Source: an uncultured Leptolinea sp. (GTDB lineage: Bacteria > Chloroflexota > Anaerolineae > Anaerolineales > Anaerolineaceae). From it: 64,000 bases of DNA. Shown piece after piece: positions 27,696 through 37,444 of this stretch; positions within the stretch are counted from its first letter, which is position 1; every line of letters begins with the position of its first letter. Below the pieces are notes generated by a model. That model had not been told where the DNA came from, did no database searches, and saw nothing but the letters and a program-made list of their open reading frames with translations. The translations under genes were made by a program, and so were the position numbers. Location: positions 103,918-167,917 of the forward strand of contig CAYUQJ010000007.1 of the NCBI GenBank assembly GCA_964446955.1, read 5' to 3'.

Positions 27696-28788
27696 AAATC
27701 GCGGGGCTGTCCCCGAAAGATATCCCAAGGTCACGAGCAGTGAGAACACCATCGCTGTTAATATCCACCCGTTTGGGGTGTGCCAGTGCCTCTTCCAGGC
27801 TTACATCGACGATCGATCCATTTTGAAGGGCAACCATGCGGCCGAATCCACCGGCAGCAGCCAGCCTGACTGCGGCAGAGCCATAGCGGGTAGCTAATTC
27901 ACGGTCAAACGCGGTGGGTGTACCACCGCGCTGCAAATGTCCCAGCACGATCACTCGGCTTTCGATCTTTGTCAATCGGGTGATCTCATCTGCCACCCTC
28001 ACGCCGATACCACCCAGACGGGGTGTGTAGATTTCATCCCCCATCCGGCTGACAACGATCTCTCCACCTTTACGCTTTGCACCTTCCGCTACGGCTACGA
28101 TACTGAAATGGGTACCCCGTTTGGATCGATGAAGGATTTTTTCGTTGATAAATTCCATGGTGAAAGGAATCTCAGGGATCAGTATCACATCCGCTCCACC
28201 GGCTACCCCGGCACTCAAAGTGATGAAACCCGCATCGCGCCCCATCAATTCCAGAACCATCACCCTGTGATGAGCTTCCGCTGTGCTGTGAAGTCGGTCG
28301 ATGGCTTCCGTCGCAATATTCAAAGCGGTATCAAACCCAAAAGAGCGTTCCGTTCCACCGATATCATTATCAATTGTTTTGGGTACACCGATGACCGGGA
28401 CCCCAATGGGAAAGAGTTCGCGCGCAATACGCAATGTTCCATCACCGCCGACTACGATCAGAGCGTCAAGTTTGAGATCATGTATGTTGTTCTTGATCTT
28501 CTGGGACACGTCCTCAACCACTTCCACACCGGCCCGGATCACTTTTCGGGCAAAGGGATTTCCCCGGTTCGCGGAACCTAAAATCGTCCCACCGCGCGGA
28601 AGAATACCCCGGACGGCTGACTGGTCGAGCGGAAACAATCCGTAATCGCCAAGAAATCCGTCAAATCCGTCACGGACTCCCATTACTTCACAGTCATACT
28701 GATTAATGGCGGTCTTTACAACCGCGCGGATAACCGCATTCAGCCCGGGGGCGTCACCACCTCCGGTCAGGATGGCAATTCGCTTCAT
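27694..28788 (-). CDS. pfkA: 6-phosphofructokinase (PfkA family, mixed-substrate group)
   Basis: TGGGDAPGLN, GGTILG, GGDGT, PKTIDND, MGR and LGHLQRGG motifs; AAGGAGG RBS before 28788. Confidence 0.93.
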   Translation of the reverse strand: MKRIAILTGGGDAPGLNAVIRAVVKTAINQYDCEVMGVRDGFDGFLGDYGLFPLDQSAVRGILPRGGTILGSANRGNPFARKVIRAGVEVVEDVSQKIKNNIHDLKLDALIVVGGDGTLRIARELFPIGVPVIGVPKTIDNDIGGTERSFGFDTALNIATEAIDRLHSTAEAHHRVMVLELMGRDAGFITLSAGVAGGADVILIPEIPFTMEFINEKILHRSKRGTHFSIVAVAEGAKRKGGEIVVSRMGDEIYTPRLGGIGVRVADEITRLTKIESRVIVLGHLQRGGTPTAFDRELATRYGSAAVRLAAAGGFGRMVALQNGSIVDVSLEEALAHPKRVDINSDGVLTARDLGISFGDSPAI

Positions 28789-28899
28789 GATCCCTCCTTT
28801 ACGCAAACCTCAAATGCCCGTATACCTTATAGTATCTGGCAAAAATTGTACACGCAAGCCAAAAAACATAAATTCATCCTAAAATTAATGTAAATCATT

Positions 28900-30291
28900 A
28901 TGGATCATAAAGAACATGTTGTTCTCTGGTGGATACGGCGGGATTTGCGCCTGTGGAATAATCCGGCATTTTCTGCTGCCATTTCAACAGGCCTGCCAGT
29001 CATTCCGGTTTATATTCTGGATGAACGATTGCTTGTTGAACCCGAGAATCGCCGACAACGGTTTTTAATTTCGGGTCTTCATCGTATAGAGGAGACAATA
29101 CGTAAACGTGGTGGGCGGTTGGTTGTTCGTCGGGGGAAACCGGAGGATGAATTAAAGAGATTGGTAGAAGAGACCAGCGCATTGCAGATTTTTGCTGAAG
29201 AGGATTATTCCACTTATGCCCGAAGGCGCGATACAGAAATTGGCAGCAAACTGCCAGTGAGTTTGATTCCCGGTTTGACAGTACATCATCCTCTAGCTGT
29301 GCTAAAAGATGATGGAAAACCATACACTGTTTTCACGCCATTCAGCCGCAAATGGAAATCCCTACCTGAATTTAGCCCGTCAGGAAAAATGAGTGAATGT
29401 CCATTCAAAAAGACCGATTGGCCGGATTCGGTCAGATTACCCGAAGACCGGCCCGTACCCGGTTTTCCGGCTGGAGAGATGGAGGGCCAAAGCCGGTTGC
29501 TTTCATTTCTCCAGGATCGGTTGAATGGATACGATGAGGCACGGAACCGAATGGATGTAGATGGTACTTCTGGTCTATCTCCGTATTTGCGGTTTGGAAT
29601 GATATCACCGTCGTTTCTTGCATCAGAGATTCGGGGGCTTATTCGTCAACAAAACATAAGTCTCGGCGCACCTGTCTGGTTGAACGAATTGATTTGGCGC
29701 GAATTCTATCAATCCATTCTTTATCATTTTCCGAACGTAATCCGTGAAGCATTTAACCCAAAATACCGGAATATTGAATGGCGGAACTCCCTGGACGAAT
29801 TGAATGCCTGGAAACAGGGAATGACGGGCTATCCGGTGGTGGATGCGGCCATGAGACAACTGGCATCGACGGGATGGATGCATAATCGTGCCCGTATGAT
29901 CACCGCTTCGTTCCTGACCAAAGATCTGCTGATCAACTGGCAGGAGGGGGAACGCTGGTTTATGGAGCAACTGGTGGATGGTGATCCGGCTTCCAACAAT
30001 GGCGGTTGGCAATGGTCAGCGGGTACCGGAACGGATGCGGCTCCGTATTACCGAATTTTCAACCCGGTATTGCAGGGAAAGAAGTTTGACCCGCATGGCG
30101 ATTATGTCCGTCGCTGGGTTCCGGAACTTGGCGGTTTGCCGGCTGAGTGGATCCACGAACCCTGGTTGATGCCCACATCTCTCCAGACCAAACTGGGCGT
30201 CACGATTGGTAAGGATTATCCGATGCCGATTGTTGATCATAAAATAGCCAGGGAACGGGCGCTTGCGGCTTATAAAGAAGCTGCCGGTTAA
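28900..30291 (+). CDS. phrB: Class I deoxyribodipyrimidine photolyase
   Basis: RRDLRL.NN, TS.LSPYLRFG, ELIWREF, TGYPVVDA.MR, GWMHNRARM and NNGGWQWSAG motifs. Confidence 0.93.
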   Translation: MDHKEHVVLWWIRRDLRLWNNPAFSAAISTGLPVIPVYILDERLLVEPENRRQRFLISGLHRIEETIRKRGGRLVVRRGKPEDELKRLVEETSALQIFAEEDYSTYARRRDTEIGSKLPVSLIPGLTVHHPLAVLKDDGKPYTVFTPFSRKWKSLPEFSPSGKMSECPFKKTDWPDSVRLPEDRPVPGFPAGEMEGQSRLLSFLQDRLNGYDEARNRMDVDGTSGLSPYLRFGMISPSFLASEIRGLIRQQNISLGAPVWLNELIWREFYQSILYHFPNVIREAFNPKYRNIEWRNSLDELNAWKQGMTGYPVVDAAMRQLASTGWMHNRARMITASFLTKDLLINWQEGERWFMEQLVDGDPASNNGGWQWSAGTGTDAAPYYRIFNPVLQGKKFDPHGDYVRRWVPELGGLPAEWIHEPWLMPTSLQTKLGVTIGKDYPMPIVDHKIARERALAAYKEAAG

Positions 30292-30401
30292 CAACTGCTA
30301 ACGTGAAAAAGTATTGGATCGGAATGGCTGGGACTTGTGCGATTGTTATAGGAATGGATTAGTACAGCCCTTTTTGCATGCTAAAACTTTTATCAAAACG
30401 G

Positions 30402-30427
30402 TGCAACAATTCCACTACCTTTCCGTA
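30402..30427 (+). promoter_or_regulatory. ECF sigma (SigW-like) promoter of pspC
   Basis: TGCAAC-N16-CGTA, compared with the Bacillus SigW consensus TGAAAC-N16-CGTA. Confidence 0.6.
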
Positions 30428-30446
30428 TAAAGGTATGGAGGAAACA

Positions 30447-30668
30447 ATGGAACCGAAAAAATTGTATCGCAGTATCAAGAATAGAATGCTTGGTGGAGTT
30501 GCCGCCGGTCTGGGTGATTATTTAAGCATTGATCCTACCCTGGTGCGTCTGGGATTCGTCGCTCTGGCGTTGATGGGAGGCCCTGGAATTGTGGTCTACA
30601 TCATCATGTGGTTGGTAGTACCCCCCGAACCGTTGGATGAACCGCCATCGCAGACAATTGACCTGTAA
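30447..30668 (+). CDS. pspC: PspC domain protein
   Basis: KKLYRS..NRMLGGVAAGLGDYL.IDPTLVR...YII.W.V.P signature; GGAGG RBS. Confidence 0.9.
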   Translation: MEPKKLYRSIKNRMLGGVAAGLGDYLSIDPTLVRLGFVALALMGGPGIVVYIIMWLVVPPEPLDEPPSQTIDL

Positions 30669-30678
30669 CTTAAAAAAC

Positions 30679-30716
30679 AGAAAGACAGCCGTATACAAAA
30701 AAGCGGCTGTCTTTCT
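30679..30716. terminator. Terminator hairpin between convergent genes
   Basis: AGAAAGACAGCCG/CGGCTGTCTTTCT 13-bp stem. Confidence 0.8.
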
Positions 30717-30742
30717 TTAATAGCCAAAGTTTTGCTGTGAGA

Positions 30743-32065
30743 TTAAAGCCCCAACCCGACAGCGGTGTAATAAAATCCCAGACTGCGGGCGGCAGTGGCA
30801 TTAAAAACGCGCCGTCCGTCAACCAGAATCGGGGTGCGCAGTTTTGATTTCATCTGGTCCAGGTTGATGTTCTTGTAAGCATCATGCTTCACCATGACTA
30901 CAACTGCGTCGCAGCCAGCGGCTTTTTCCATTACACTGCCGTTATAGTCTTCCACGTAGGGATCATGGATTACTACTTCCGCGCCCAACGCGTCCAGCCC
31001 TCCGATAAGAGTGGCTGAGGGGCTGTTACGGGTATCATCTGAATTTTCCAGATAGGCATAACCAAGAACCAGTATGCGAGAATCTTTCATTTTTCTATCA
31101 TGTTGTTCCAGTGCTTTTTCCACCATCTTGACCATGTGGATTGGCATTTGATCATTGATGGAGCGAGCAGCCGGGATTAACCGGAGGGGAACATCACTAC
31201 CCTGAATACCATACGCCAGCAGCCAGGGATCCTTGGGGATGCAGTGTCCGCCCACACCGGCACCGGGTATGTGCATTGACCGGAAGGGGCTTTTATTTAC
31301 CAATTCGCGCACGCGCAGGACATCGGCTCCAGCTTGCTCACAGATAAGAGCAACTTCGTTGGCAAACGCGATCTGGACATCTCGGTAGGTGTTTTCCACG
31401 GTTTTAACCAGCTCGGCGGTAGCCCAATCAACTGCATCCAGGTCTGCTTCCACGATCGTCCGATACAGCGTGATCATTGCCTGTGCGGTATCCGGCGAAT
31501 CACCGCCGCATACACGGCTCATTTGCCGCAGATTTGTCAGCAGCTTGCCGGGCATAACACGTTCCGGGCAATTCCCCAGGTAAAAGTCTTTTCCAACCTT
31601 GCGTCCGTACTGTTCAAGAATGGGCAACACTGTGCCTTTCATGGTTCCCGGGGCTATAGTGGATTCAATAATGACCATGGCACCAGGCTTTAGCACACTG
31701 GAAAGCTGGGAACAGGCAGATTTGAGAGCTGCGTAACGGGGAACATGCGTTTCATCCACAGGTGTTTCTACGTCAATAAGAATAATGTCACGATCACGCA
31801 GATCATCATAATCCGTGGAAGCGCGCATCATCTTGCCGCCTACCACTTTCCCCAGGAGGTCTTCCAAACCGGGTTCGTCACCTTCGATGGGTGACTTTCC
31901 GTTGTTGATCATCTTTACTCTGTCCTCGCGAATCTCCATCCCGAGGACATTAAATCCCTTTTCTGCAAACATGGCCGCCACCGGCAGCCCCACATATCCA
32001 AGCCCAATAACAGCCAGGCGGGCGTTCTTTGATTCAATGAGTTCAATCAGTTGTTTTTGTGACAT
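30743..32065 (-). CDS. Nucleotide-sugar dehydrogenase (WecC/UDP-ManNAc dehydrogenase-like)
   Basis: GLGYVG, ESTIAPGT, CPERVMPG, KTVENTYRD and GVGGHCIPKDP motifs. Confidence 0.88.
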   Translation of the reverse strand: MSQKQLIELIESKNARLAVIGLGYVGLPVAAMFAEKGFNVLGMEIREDRVKMINNGKSPIEGDEPGLEDLLGKVVGGKMMRASTDYDDLRDRDIILIDVETPVDETHVPRYAALKSACSQLSSVLKPGAMVIIESTIAPGTMKGTVLPILEQYGRKVGKDFYLGNCPERVMPGKLLTNLRQMSRVCGGDSPDTAQAMITLYRTIVEADLDAVDWATAELVKTVENTYRDVQIAFANEVALICEQAGADVLRVRELVNKSPFRSMHIPGAGVGGHCIPKDPWLLAYGIQGSDVPLRLIPAARSINDQMPIHMVKMVEKALEQHDRKMKDSRILVLGYAYLENSDDTRNSPSATLIGGLDALGAEVVIHDPYVEDYNGSVMEKAAGCDAVVVMVKHDAYKNINLDQMKSKLRTPILVDGRRVFNATAARSLGFYYTAVGLGL

Positions 32066-32124
32066 GCGTTTTCCTTAATGGATAACGGAATTTGGATTTG
32101 TGTGAACAGCAGGCCAATTGTATC

Positions 32125-32156
32125 AAAAGACCCTGCCATAAACCTGGGCAGGGTCT
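32125..32156 (-). terminator. Terminator-like hairpin after the wbpB-like gene
   Basis: AGACCCTGCC/GGCAGGGTCT stem with a short U-run on the minus strand, followed by a TGATACAAT extended -10. Confidence 0.6.
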
Positions 32157-32183
32157 ACAATTTATCCAAACCCTTTTATTCGA

Positions 32184-33188
32184 TTAAAAATTTACAACCT
32201 GATTCGTCTTACCGGCTTCCACCAATGCCAGAGCGATGCGTAACGCCGCGAGTCCATCTTCACCGGAAACAGGTACGGGTGTATCTTCAATGATAGATTT
32301 CAGAAAACCCTGTAATTCTGCTTTCAACGGTTCATAGCGCTGAAAGGCAAAACGCACCATTCCGCCTTCGCTCACACCACGAAGATTTTTCAGGGAATCC
32401 CATGCCAGTCCGGATGCCTGGGCATTCTCATAGAAGTAAAGGTCCTGAGTCAGGTCGTCGACGCGGAAGAGACCACGTTCGCCCAGAACGAGAACTTCAC
32501 GAATCTTCGTTGGGGTTAGCCAGTTGATCTCTACAGCAGCTGTGATTCCATCCGGGAAGCGGAGCATCCCGAATAGTAGATCTTCGTGATCGGTGTGAAT
32601 GCGCTGTTCCGTCTCAGCGTACAGCCTCACGGGATCCATACCTGTCAGGAATCGGATGATGTCCGCGTCGTGCGGGGCCAGGTCGATCACAACACCGACA
32701 TCACGAATGCGTGCGGGGAAGGGTCCGGCCCGGCGGCAGAAAACCTGGTACAGGCGGCCCAGTTCACCGGCATCAAGGCGCTTCTTCAGCTCTTGAATAG
32801 CTGGATTGAACCGGACAATATGACCGACCATCAACTTGCGGTTAAGCTTCTTCGCCAGAGCGATCAGGCGATTGCCTTCTTCGAGTGTAGCCGCAATCGG
32901 CTTTTCCACCAGAACATGGGCGCCAGAATTGAGAACATCGGTTACGACCTGCTCATGCATCGCAGTAGGTACCGCGACATCGACAGCCTGCGGTTTTTCC
33001 TTTTCCAGTAGTTCCCGGTAGTCGGAATAAGCCCTTGCGCCGTACGTTTTACCGATGCCTTCTGCTGTGGCGAGGTTTACATCTGACACGGCAACCAGGT
33101 CAGCTTCTGCCAGTTCTGAGTACACACGGGCATGATTTCTTCCCATGGAACCGACGCCAATCACTGCAGTCTTTACAGTTCCGGCCAT
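32184..33188 (-). CDS. Gfo/Idh/MocA oxidoreductase (UDP-GlcNAcA 3-dehydrogenase, WbpB/WlbA-like)
   Basis: GVGSMG..H, VEKP, GHIVRFNP and DLAPHD motifs; operon context. Confidence 0.82.
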   Translation of the reverse strand: MAGTVKTAVIGVGSMGRNHARVYSELAEADLVAVSDVNLATAEGIGKTYGARAYSDYRELLEKEKPQAVDVAVPTAMHEQVVTDVLNSGAHVLVEKPIAATLEEGNRLIALAKKLNRKLMVGHIVRFNPAIQELKKRLDAGELGRLYQVFCRRAGPFPARIRDVGVVIDLAPHDADIIRFLTGMDPVRLYAETEQRIHTDHEDLLFGMLRFPDGITAAVEINWLTPTKIREVLVLGERGLFRVDDLTQDLYFYENAQASGLAWDSLKNLRGVSEGGMVRFAFQRYEPLKAELQGFLKSIIEDTPVPVSGEDGLAALRIALALVEAGKTNQVVNF

Positions 33189-33191
33189 TGT

Positions 33192-34274
33192 CTATCCCTT
33201 TGCCATGAATTCATTAATGGTTGTCATGACTTTTTCCCTGTCTTCTGATGTTATACCCGGATGGACAGGTATGGAAAGGACTTCTGAAGCAGCTTTTTCT
33301 GTCTCTGGCAGTGATATGTTGTAGCCATATTCGGTAATATAGAAGCTCTGTTTATGGATCGGTACAGGGTAGTAGACTTCTGAACCGATCTCGTGTTCGG
33401 CCAGGTAGGCCCGCAGAGTATCGCGTTTACCGTCGGGAACGCGGACGGTGTACTGGTGGTAGACATGCACATAACCGTCCGGGACATAAGGCGTTGTAAC
33501 ACCCTTTAAGTGTTTATTATAAAAAGCGGCATTGTCCTGACGTTTGCCATTAAATTTTTCCAGTTTGGCAATCTGCGCCAGACCTATGGCAGCATGCATA
33601 TCTGTCATGCGGAAGTTATAGCCAAGCTCATCATGATAGTAACGTTTGCGCATCCCATGATTGCGTATAACCCGGCAGGCTTCATCAGTGGCATCGTCAT
33701 TTGACGTAATCATTCCACCTTCACCGGAGGTGATGTTCTTGGTCGGGTAGAGGGAAAAAGCCCCGGTTCCGAACGAACCCACTTTTTTCCCCTTAAAAGT
33801 TGCACCATGGGCCTGGCAGGCGTCTTCGATCACGATCAAATTGTGTTTTTTCGCGATATCCATGATGCGATCCATATCACAGCTCAATCCAAACAAATGC
33901 ACCGGAAGAATGGCTTTTGTTTTTGGTGTTATGGCGGCTTCTATCTTGCTGACATCAAGATTGAAAGTCCGTGGATCGATGTCTACAAATACTGGACGAG
34001 CGCCGGCGTATAAAACACTGTTGGCAGACGCGATAAACGTGAAGGCGGATGTAATAACTTCATCACCGGGGCCAATTTTGTGGGCCAGCAAGGCAATATG
34101 CAAAGCCGTAGTCCCCGACGAAGTGGCGATGGCGTGTTTTGTGGTACACATTTTTGCAAAGGCTTCTTCAAAAGCCTTGGTTTTGGGACCCTGGGCGATG
34201 ATGCCGGAGTCTAATACCTCTAATACCGCTTTTTTTTCATCATCCCCGATCTGGGGTTTGGCCATGTTAATCAT
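33192..34274 (-). CDS. DegT/DnrJ/EryC1/StrS aminotransferase (WbpE-like)
   Basis: SGTTAL, PVHLFG, EDACQAHG and SLYPTKN...GEGG motifs; ATGA overlap with the upstream gene. Confidence 0.9.
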   Translation of the reverse strand: MINMAKPQIGDDEKKAVLEVLDSGIIAQGPKTKAFEEAFAKMCTTKHAIATSSGTTALHIALLAHKIGPGDEVITSAFTFIASANSVLYAGARPVFVDIDPRTFNLDVSKIEAAITPKTKAILPVHLFGLSCDMDRIMDIAKKHNLIVIEDACQAHGATFKGKKVGSFGTGAFSLYPTKNITSGEGGMITSNDDATDEACRVIRNHGMRKRYYHDELGYNFRMTDMHAAIGLAQIAKLEKFNGKRQDNAAFYNKHLKGVTTPYVPDGYVHVYHQYTVRVPDGKRDTLRAYLAEHEIGSEVYYPVPIHKQSFYITEYGYNISLPETEKAASEVLSIPVHPGITSEDREKVMTTINEFMAKG

Positions 34275-34876
34275 TCTATTTTCTCCCATTCACTCAATGG
34301 AATCTCTACAATTGCGTGGCATTCCGGGCAAACAGCTGCCATCTTGCCATTTATAATTTCACCTTTATTTAATTTCTCGCCACAGGCGCACACAAAACCA
34401 TGTAAACGGGCAGGGTTACCGTAGACCAGTCCATAATCGGGAACATCGTGTGTCACTACGCTTCCGGAACCGACCATAGCCCATTCACCAATGGTCACAC
34501 CACAACGAATGGTTGAATTGGCACCCAGACCGGCGCCCTTCTTGACCAGGGTTCTGGTGACTACCCAGTCATCCGTGCTTTTTACGCTCAAATCGGGATT
34601 TACCGCCCTCGGACGCAGGTCGTTGGTAAAACAGACATGCGGTCCTGCGAAAACCCCGTCTTCAAGGGTAACACCATGATAGACCGATACGTTGTTCTGG
34701 ATCTTCACATGATCGCCGATCTGAACATCATTGTCGACATACACGCCTTTACCCAGATTGCAACTCTTGCCAATGTGAGCCCCCGGCCGAATTTGACAGA
34801 ACAACCAGATGGCGGTTCCATCGCCAATAACGGCGTCGGCAGCCACATCAGATGTGGGATGAATACGTACTGCCAT
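34271..34876 (-). CDS. Hexapeptide-repeat N-acetyltransferase (WbpD/WlbB-like)
   Basis: IHPT, KIQNNVSVY.GV, FTND..PR and GNPAR motifs; C-terminal CxCG...CxxC. Confidence 0.88.
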   Translation of the reverse strand: MAVRIHPTSDVAADAVIGDGTAIWLFCQIRPGAHIGKSCNLGKGVYVDNDVQIGDHVKIQNNVSVYHGVTLEDGVFAGPHVCFTNDLRPRAVNPDLSVKSTDDWVVTRTLVKKGAGLGANSTIRCGVTIGEWAMVGSGSVVTHDVPDYGLVYGNPARLHGFVCACGEKLNKGEIINGKMAAVCPECHAIVEIPLSEWEKIE

Positions 34877-35140
34877 GCAGTATCTCCTTAATACGAAGAT
34901 TTATTTTTATGAATAGTCCGGAATTTCTGTAGTACTGAATAGAAAACCGTTTTTCGTAAAATTTCACCACATTGTATCACTTGCGAATGCTATCCCGGTC
35001 CCGGACTATCGATACTGGAGTAATATTAATTGCTCCGTTAATTCAATAGCAATCAATAAGTTTGGTATCATCTTCCGGCAAAGGTTCCGGGGAATCTATA
35101 TAAATTCTTCAACGTAGTAAGTGAGCAACCGCAACAGCAT

Positions 35141-36595
35141 ATGTTCAAACAGTTCTTAAAAGAGAGCTTCATTTATACGATAGGCAACATACTCATTCGA
35201 GGTGTTTCTTATTTCCTGCTGCCTTTCTATACAAGTGTTTTGGTACCAACTGATTTTGGTATTACCGACATATTACTGCTATTTACATCCTTTTCGGCGA
35301 TCATCGTGTCATTTGAGGTCGTTCAGGGGCTTATTGTTTTCTATACCAATTGTGATGATGAACAGGTAAAAAAAGCATATGCCTCAACGGCTTTGTGGTT
35401 CGCGCTGGCAGCCTATTCCATTTTTGGCATTGTTTGTCTTATCTGGGCGGAACCGTTTTCCACCATGCTGTTCGGTCAGCCTGGACGGGCATTCATTTTT
35501 CAATTGAACGTCTTCTCCATGCTGGGTTTTGGCCTGTCGTACGTAACGGTCAATCAATTGCGGTATGACCACAAACCCAGAGAGTACGCGCTTGTTGGTT
35601 TGATCACGTCTGTGATGACCATTGCTCCGACAATCCTGCTGGTTCTTTTCCTGAAGCAGGGGGCAAACGGGGTGATTGCAGGGCAGATGATCGGGAATAT
35701 CTCTGGTGCGGCGTTGGCGGTTTACCTGGGACGGAAATCTTACTCGTTCCATGTTGATTGGGTGAAATTGCGCACTATGTTGCTTTTTTCCATTCCGCTG
35801 GTTCCATCCAACGTCGGTTCGCTGGTGATGGTTTATATAAACCGTGTGGCGATTAATTCAATAATGTCGTTAGCCGATGTGGGTATATATGGTGTGGCAT
35901 ACAGGGTGACTTCCATCATTGAGGTCATCATGATGGGGTTTCGGACAGCCCTGCCCCCGTTAATCTATGATAATTTTGACAAACAGGATACACCGAAAGA
36001 AATCGTTCGGATCTTCAATTATTTCGCATCTTTTTCGTTATTATTTATATTATTCCTGTCATTGTTCTCGGATGAGATTGTTCACATATTCACGCATCCC
36101 GCATATTACAGCGCTGCAAGGATAATTCCGGTAATGGCCTGCGCGTACGCCTTCGGACAGGTGAAGATATTTTCGTTGGGTTGGGCTATCGTCAAGAAAC
36201 CCCAGAAATTTGCCATCATTAATATACTGGGAGCCGCTCTGGCAATCGTTCTGAACTATGTGCTGATTCCTCATATGGGTATTCTGGGTGCCGCGTGGGC
36301 CAGTCTTATCACAAATGCCGTGGCTGCAGTCGCGCTGATCAACTTAAGTCAGACGTATTACTATGTTCCTTTTCAATGGAAAAATTTGTTTCTGGCGTCC
36401 GGGCTATTTTTTTTGATCGTTGTGGTCTCAGAGCTCATACCGGTAGAATTTAACCTACTGCTGACGATTCTGATCAATCTCTGTCTTCTTGCTGTTGGAG
36501 CGGCGTCGTTGGTTTTATTCAAATTGATCAAGACAGACGATATTACTCTTTTGATCAAAAAAGCCAGACTTTACCTGGCCAAACGCAGTTTCTGA
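35141..36595 (+). CDS. Wzx-like flippase
   Basis: KESFIYTIGN....FLLP.YT..L....FG and GIYGVAYR motifs; many hydrophobic helices. Confidence 0.85.
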   Translation: MFKQFLKESFIYTIGNILIRGVSYFLLPFYTSVLVPTDFGITDILLLFTSFSAIIVSFEVVQGLIVFYTNCDDEQVKKAYASTALWFALAAYSIFGIVCLIWAEPFSTMLFGQPGRAFIFQLNVFSMLGFGLSYVTVNQLRYDHKPREYALVGLITSVMTIAPTILLVLFLKQGANGVIAGQMIGNISGAALAVYLGRKSYSFHVDWVKLRTMLLFSIPLVPSNVGSLVMVYINRVAINSIMSLADVGIYGVAYRVTSIIEVIMMGFRTALPPLIYDNFDKQDTPKEIVRIFNYFASFSLLFILFLSLFSDEIVHIFTHPAYYSAARIIPVMACAYAFGQVKIFSLGWAIVKKPQKFAIINILGAALAIVLNYVLIPHMGILGAAWASLITNAVAAVALINLSQTYYYVPFQWKNLFLASGLFFLIVVVSELIPVEFNLLLTILINLCLLAVGAASLVLFKLIKTDDITLLIKKARLYLAKRSF

Positions 36596-36608
36596 TTAGA
36601 ATCAGATC

Positions 36609-37265
36609 ATGCATACTGAAAAGCCGGTCTATCCCGTTCCATCCAGAGAGACACGGGCCGAGATTCGGGTAGCGAATTCCCGTTTTATCGCTACCATTGC
36701 ACCTGCCAGAAGTGTGGAAGAAGCCAGATCCTTCATCAATAGAATAAAAACAGAATTCTCGGATGCCTCTCACAATGTGCCGGTGTTTCTAATCGGTCAC
36801 GGCGATTCTGTAACGGCCCATTGCAGCGATGACGGCGAACCATCTGGTACCGCCGGGCGCCCCGCATTGGCTGTATTACAGGGCAGCGGACTTGGTGATG
36901 TAGTACTGGTGATCACCCGCTATTTCGGAGGCACCAAGCTGGGAACGGGTGGTCTGGTGAGGGCTTATTCGGATTCAGTACGGGCTGTATTGGAGAAAGT
37001 CGAACGATCAGCCCGGGTGATGACGGATACGGTCATGGCCGTATTTCCGTACACCTATCTGGAACGTGTTCGCCGTTTGGTAACAGCCTGTGGAGGTGAG
37101 ATCCTGGACGAGGAATTCACGGCAGACGTGACAATAACCACGCGGTTTCGCGAGGAAGATACACCGCAATTCCAGGCTCAGATGGCTGAATTGACCAGCG
37201 GTAGAGTGCACCCGGAGATCATCGAATCTGGGGAGATGCTGATGCCCTGGGTGGAAGTTAAATAA
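36609..37265 (+). CDS. YigZ/IMPACT family protein
   Basis: SRFIA, ASHN, SDDGEPSGTAG and RYFGGTKLGTGGLVRAY motifs. Confidence 0.93.
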   Translation: MHTEKPVYPVPSRETRAEIRVANSRFIATIAPARSVEEARSFINRIKTEFSDASHNVPVFLIGHGDSVTAHCSDDGEPSGTAGRPALAVLQGSGLGDVVLVITRYFGGTKLGTGGLVRAYSDSVRAVLEKVERSARVMTDTVMAVFPYTYLERVRRLVTACGGEILDEEFTADVTITTRFREEDTPQFQAQMAELTSGRVHPEIIESGEMLMPWVEVK

Positions 37266-37269
37266 AAAG

Positions 37270-37341
37270 AGCGGGCGACCGGATTCGGACCGGCGAATGT
37301 CAGCTTGGAAGGCTGATGCCTTACCACTTGGCGACGCCCGC
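37270..37341 (-). tRNA. tRNA-Gly (anticodon TCC); CCA not encoded; T-loop TCCGAAT
   Basis: GCGGGCG TC GCCAAGTGGTAAGGC A TCAGC CT-TCC-AA GCTGA CATTC GCCGG TCCGAAT CCGGT CGCCCGC T folds into a cloverleaf with U73. Confidence 0.93.
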
Positions 37342-37353
37342 AATTTCAACGTC

Positions 37354-37382
37354 ATTTTACCCGGCACTGCCAAAGTGGTCAA
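37354..37382 (-). promoter_or_regulatory. Sigma70-type promoter of tRNA-Gly
   Basis: TTGACC-N17-TAAAAT on the minus strand, 12 nt upstream of tRNA position 1. Confidence 0.8.
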
Positions 37383-37444
37383 GTTACTTGGCGCATGGCT
37401 TTAAGGTTACAATCGAAGAATATCATCCTAAACGAGTAAAGCAA

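Noticed and set aside
34271-34400. CxC...CxxC tail on the WbpD-like acetyltransferase as a novel fusion
   Set aside because: Similar C-terminal extensions are common in WbpD/WlbB-family proteins.
34913-35009. 9-bp inverted repeat ATAGTCCGG/CCGGACTAT about 80 bp apart
   Set aside because: Too short and isolated to distinguish from chance; no target-site duplication.
37316-37444. N-terminal extension of the YitT ORF
   Set aside because: It overlaps the tRNA-Gly and its promoter on the opposite strand, so the real start is downstream.
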